A stretch of 64,000 bases of DNA from an uncultured Spirochaetaceae bacterium (GTDB lineage Bacteria > Spirochaetota > Spirochaetia > DSM-27196 > PWMO01): NCBI GenBank assembly GCA_964654185.1, contig CAZZIE010000004.1, forward strand, positions 4,994-68,993, given 5' to 3'. The first letter of the stretch is position 1, and every line of letters begins with the position of its first letter. The notes under the pieces were generated by a model that was given only the letters and a program-made list of their open reading frames with translations, was not told the DNA's origin and did no database searches. Position numbers and translations under genes: made by a program. Positions 61,338 to 64,000 of the stretch are shown here, in pieces.

Positions 61338-63128
61338 TTACGCCGACTCCAGGACCGCCTTGATCCGCCGAACTCCCTGAGAGGACGACTGCTCCTTCTT
61401 GATCTTGAAGCGCCCGAGACGGCTGGTCCGGTCTACGTGGGGACCGCCGCAGACCTCCCTGGAGTAGTCGCCGATGCTGTACACCTTGACCACCTCGTCG
61501 TAGCGCTCGCCGAAGAGCGCAATCGCGCCGTTTTCCTTGGCATCTTCGAGGGTCATGGTGTCCCAGGAGACCGGCAGGTCCCGCTCGATCTGCTCGTTCA
61601 CGATCCGCTCGACCTCCTGGATCTGCTCCGGGGTCATCTTCTCGGGGTGAGAGAAGTCGAAGCGGAGGCGCTCAGGCGTAATGTTGCTCCCCTTCTGCGC
61701 CACGTGATCGCCGAGAACATCTCGGAGCGCCTGATGGAGCAGATGCGTTGCCGTATGGAGCTTCGTCGTGTGCTCCGAGTGATCCGCCAGACCGCCCTTG
61801 AAGGTCGCCGAGGTATCGCTCTTGGACGCCTCCTGGTGCTTCCGGAAGGCCTCGTCGAAGCCCTCCCGGTCCACCGTGAGGCCGTGCTCCGCAGCGAGCT
61901 CCTCGGTGATCTCCACCGGGAAGCCGAAGGTGTCGTAGAGCTTGAAGGCCACGCGCCCGGGAATCACCCGGTCCGGATTACGCATGAGGTTCGGCAGCAT
62001 CTTCTCGAACTCGTGCTCGCCCTTCTGGAGGGTAATGAGGAACTTCTCCTCCTCCTGGTGAAGCTCTTCGAGAACCTGGTCGCGCTTATCGTAGAGGACC
62101 GGATAGGAGTCTTTGTACATGTCGATGACTGTGGCCGCCGGTTTGTGGAGGAAGCCCGCTTCCAGGCCGAGCTTTCGGCCATGCCGCACGGCGCGCCGAA
62201 TGAGACGCCTGAGGATGTAGCCCTGCCCGACGTTCGACGGCGACACCCCTCTCTCATCGCCAATAATGAAGCTCGCCGCCTTGACGTGGTCGCAGACAAT
62301 GCGGATGGAGCGGTCCGACGCCTCCTCGGCGCTGTAGCGGGCGCCGGTAAGCTCCTCGACGTCGGCGATGATCGGCGTGAACAGCTCGGTCTCGTAGACG
62401 GAGGACTTACCCTGGAGAATGGCAATGGTCCGCTCAATGCCCATGCCGGTATCGACGCAGCGGCGCTCCAGCTCGTCGAAGGTGCCGTCCGCCTTGAGGT
62501 TGTACTGCATGAAGACGTCGTTCCAGATCTCCATGTACTTCCCGTCGGAGACTCCGGGGCGGCTCTTCGGGGTGCCGGGAATGCCGGTGTCGATGAACAT
62601 CTCCGAGTCGGGGCCGCACGGTCCCGTCTGTCCCGCCGGTCCCCACCAGTTGTCGCTCCGCGGCAGCCGGTAAATACGTTCGTCGGGTATGCCGAGACGC
62701 CGCCACACCGCGGCGGACTCTTCATCCGGCGGAACGTCCTCGTCGCCGGCGAAGACCGTGATCGAGAGCTTATCCGGTGAGATGCCGAGCCACTTCGGAT
62801 CGGTGAGAAACTCCCAGCTCAGGAGGATCGCCTCCTCCTTGAAATAGTCCCCGAGGGACCAGTTTCCGAGCATCTCGAAGAAGGTGAGGTGGCTCGAGTC
62901 GCCGACTTCATCAATGTCGATGGTGCGGATGCACTTCTGATAATCCACCAGGCGCGTCCCCGCCGGGTGGGGTTGCCCCAGCAGGTACGGCACCAGCGGG
63001 TGCATCCCCGCCGTCGTGAAGAGGACGGTGGGATCGTTCTCCGGAATCAGGGAGCTCCCGGATATCTCCGCGTGTCCCTTCTCGACGAAGAAGTCGATGT
63101 ATTTTTTGCGCAGTTCGTTGGCGGTCAT
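61338..63128 (-). CDS. alaS: alanine--tRNA ligase, short form (catalytic plus editing domains, no C-Ala/DHHA1 domain)
   Basis: LRKKYIDFFVEKGH...FTTAGM..., FFEMLGNWSLGDYFK, GPCGPDSE, editing-domain HTATHLLH...CGGPHV. The protein ends after ...RRIKAVLESA at 596 aa. Confidence 0.92.
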   Translation of the reverse strand: MTANELRKKYIDFFVEKGHAEISGSSLIPENDPTVLFTTAGMHPLVPYLLGQPHPAGTRLVDYQKCIRTIDIDEVGDSSHLTFFEMLGNWSLGDYFKEEAILLSWEFLTDPKWLGISPDKLSITVFAGDEDVPPDEESAAVWRRLGIPDERIYRLPRSDNWWGPAGQTGPCGPDSEMFIDTGIPGTPKSRPGVSDGKYMEIWNDVFMQYNLKADGTFDELERRCVDTGMGIERTIAILQGKSSVYETELFTPIIADVEELTGARYSAEEASDRSIRIVCDHVKAASFIIGDERGVSPSNVGQGYILRRLIRRAVRHGRKLGLEAGFLHKPAATVIDMYKDSYPVLYDKRDQVLEELHQEEEKFLITLQKGEHEFEKMLPNLMRNPDRVIPGRVAFKLYDTFGFPVEITEELAAEHGLTVDREGFDEAFRKHQEASKSDTSATFKGGLADHSEHTTKLHTATHLLHQALRDVLGDHVAQKGSNITPERLRFDFSHPEKMTPEQIQEVERIVNEQIERDLPVSWDTMTLEDAKENGAIALFGERYDEVVKVYSIGDYSREVCGGPHVDRTSRLGRFKIKKEQSSSQGVRRIKAVLESA

Positions 63129-63227
63129 GAGGCCGTTCCCTTTTGCTCTATCACTGTCGTATTGCTCAGTGTTTTCCTGCTCAGTGTTGTATTGGTCGGC
63201 GCTGTCGTGGTTCGGGTAGCCGCGGGG

Positions 63228-63722
63228 TCAGAAGTCCTCGATATCGGCTTCAGTCTCCGGCGTGAAGAACTCCGGAAAGGCGTAGACCATGTTCCCGGTG
63301 CGTCGACGGACCCGGATCTCGGCGAAGCCGTTCTGGACGAGCTCCTCGAGCTTCTCCCGCGCCTCTCCGGCGGGGATGTTTGCTTCCAGGGCGATCTCCG
63401 ACGGGGTCGTCATGCCGCCGTTCCGCTTTGCGGTCCGCAGGATCACGTGCTCCACGGAAACGTTGTCCGCGGACTCCTGCTCCATGCTGAGAAAGAGGTC
63501 CCGGGCTCCGCCCTGCGGTCCCTCCAGGCGACGCTTCAGATTCTCCTGGCGAACCTGCTCCGGAATGGTGAAGGCGTCATAGATCGTGCCCAGGCCGAAG
63601 ATGCCGCCGGTCAGGAGGTAGATGATACCCGTACCGATCTTGCCCATGTAGATGCGGTGCAGACCGGCCACGCCGAAGAGCGAGGGTATCCAGAAGAGGT
63701 AGGCGTAACGGACCGAGAACAC
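63228..63722 (-). CDS. TM2-domain protein with a C-terminal winged-helix-like domain
   Basis: GTG at 63722 (GAAGGAG 5 nt upstream). [44 protein letters not shown] is the TM2 signature. Confidence 0.7.
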   Translation of the reverse strand: MFSVRYAYLFWIPSLFGVAGLHRIYMGKIGTGIIYLLTGGIFGLGTIYDAFTIPEQVRQENLKRRLEGPQGGARDLFLSMEQESADNVSVEHVILRTAKRNGGMTTPSEIALEANIPAGEAREKLEELVQNGFAEIRVRRRTGNMVYAFPEFFTPETEADIEDF

Positions 63723-63878
63723 AGAAACTCCTTCAATAGTCGCCGACTTGCATGGAATATACCGCGTACGGCCACGGCCGCTCAAGGCCGTCGCGCACCG
63801 CGTAATTGGCCCGTGAGGGCCATGGCGCCGGCGGAACAGTGGCTGTGCCGGCAACCAGAGCGACGACTCCGGCGACTG

Positions 63879-64000
63879 CTAAAGATACTCCTCGTCCGGC
63901 CGGCGGACAACCAGCGCCCCCTCCTCTTCCAGGCGCTGGAGGTAGCGAAGGAACTCCGTCGCCGCCGCGTCGGCATCGCTCTTGCGGACGGGACCGAGGT
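63879..64000 (-). CDS. C-terminal fragment of an unidentified protein (its 5' part lies beyond the window)
   Basis: Own translation of the open minus-strand frame to the window edge: ...GPVRKSDADAAATEFLRYLQRLEEEGALVVRRPDEEYL*. The stop is at 63879-63881. Not in the ORF track. Confidence 0.4.
   Translation of the reverse strand, partial: LGPVRKSDADAAATEFLRYLQRLEEEGALVVRRPDEEYL

Noticed and set aside
53533-62780. Other long antisense ORFs: 53533-54771 (versus recG), 54899-55762, 55638-56849 (versus hisZ), 56780-57667, 57625-58254, 58824-59870 (versus the TPR gene) and 61437-62780 (versus alaS)
   Set aside because: Same reasoning: they are shadow ORFs of well-supported genes.
63782-63976. 64-aa minus-strand ORF (MPTRRRRSSF...) near the window end
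   Set aside because: It is Arg/Ser-rich nonsense. It overlaps a better, open-ended frame (63879-64000) whose translation looks protein-like (...EFLRYLQRLEEEGALVVRRPDEEYL*).
1-64000. Mobile elements, prophage, genomic-island boundaries, tRNA or rRNA genes
   Set aside because: No integrase, transposase or phage-like ORFs were found, no cloverleaf-like sequences appear in the intergenic regions, and there is no long stretch of deviating composition. Only short AT-rich promoter islands stand out.

Overview
High-GC bacterial chromosomal segment with about 58 protein-coding genes. I found no rRNA, tRNA, CRISPR array, transposase or phage genes. The gene content points to a Spirochaetota-like anaerobe (inference only): a 596-aa AlaRS without a C-Ala domain, an RlpA/SPOR protein, a PilZ protein, and several exported FecR/beta-barrel proteins.

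Main blocks:
(1) 1-8650: a SlyD fragment, a CHASE2 class-III nucleotide cyclase, a divergent operon of four exported proteins including a FecR-domain protein, and a separate beta-barrel gene.
(2) 8783-23131, all on the minus strand: a translationally coupled 12-gene Mbx/MBS-type (Mrp antiporter plus complex-I-like) membrane oxidoreductase operon, followed by nfnAB-like genes.
(3) 23299-32106: assorted redox and housekeeping genes, including a TetR/SDR/thiolase unit and a PilZ protein.
(4) 32295-37796: a hydCBA-type [FeFe]-hydrogenase operon.
(5) 38355-48442: an RlpA/SPOR protein with a Glu-Pro repeat, then an operon led by a NusG paralogue that joins sugar-nucleotide enzymes to a xanthine-dehydrogenase-family trio.
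(6) 48565-64000: dnaE, yggT, recG, rsmD, hisZGB, TPR proteins, rlmN, alaS and a TM2 protein.

Most interesting is the redox set. The NuoD-like subunit of the membrane complex has lost the C-terminal NiFe cysteines, and its NuoB-like subunit keeps only three cluster cysteines. Its two antiporter-like pump modules are fused into one 1149-aa protein. Its NuoI-like ferredoxin subunit is fused to a GltD/NfnB-like FAD-NAD(P)H module. The hydrogenase flavoprotein HydB carries a second GltD-like fusion, and HydA reads TSCSPGW where TSCCPGW is expected. AT-rich ATCGATAT/ATCTATA boxes recur upstream of all three redox operons. All functional statements come from reading motifs in the translations; no database search was possible.
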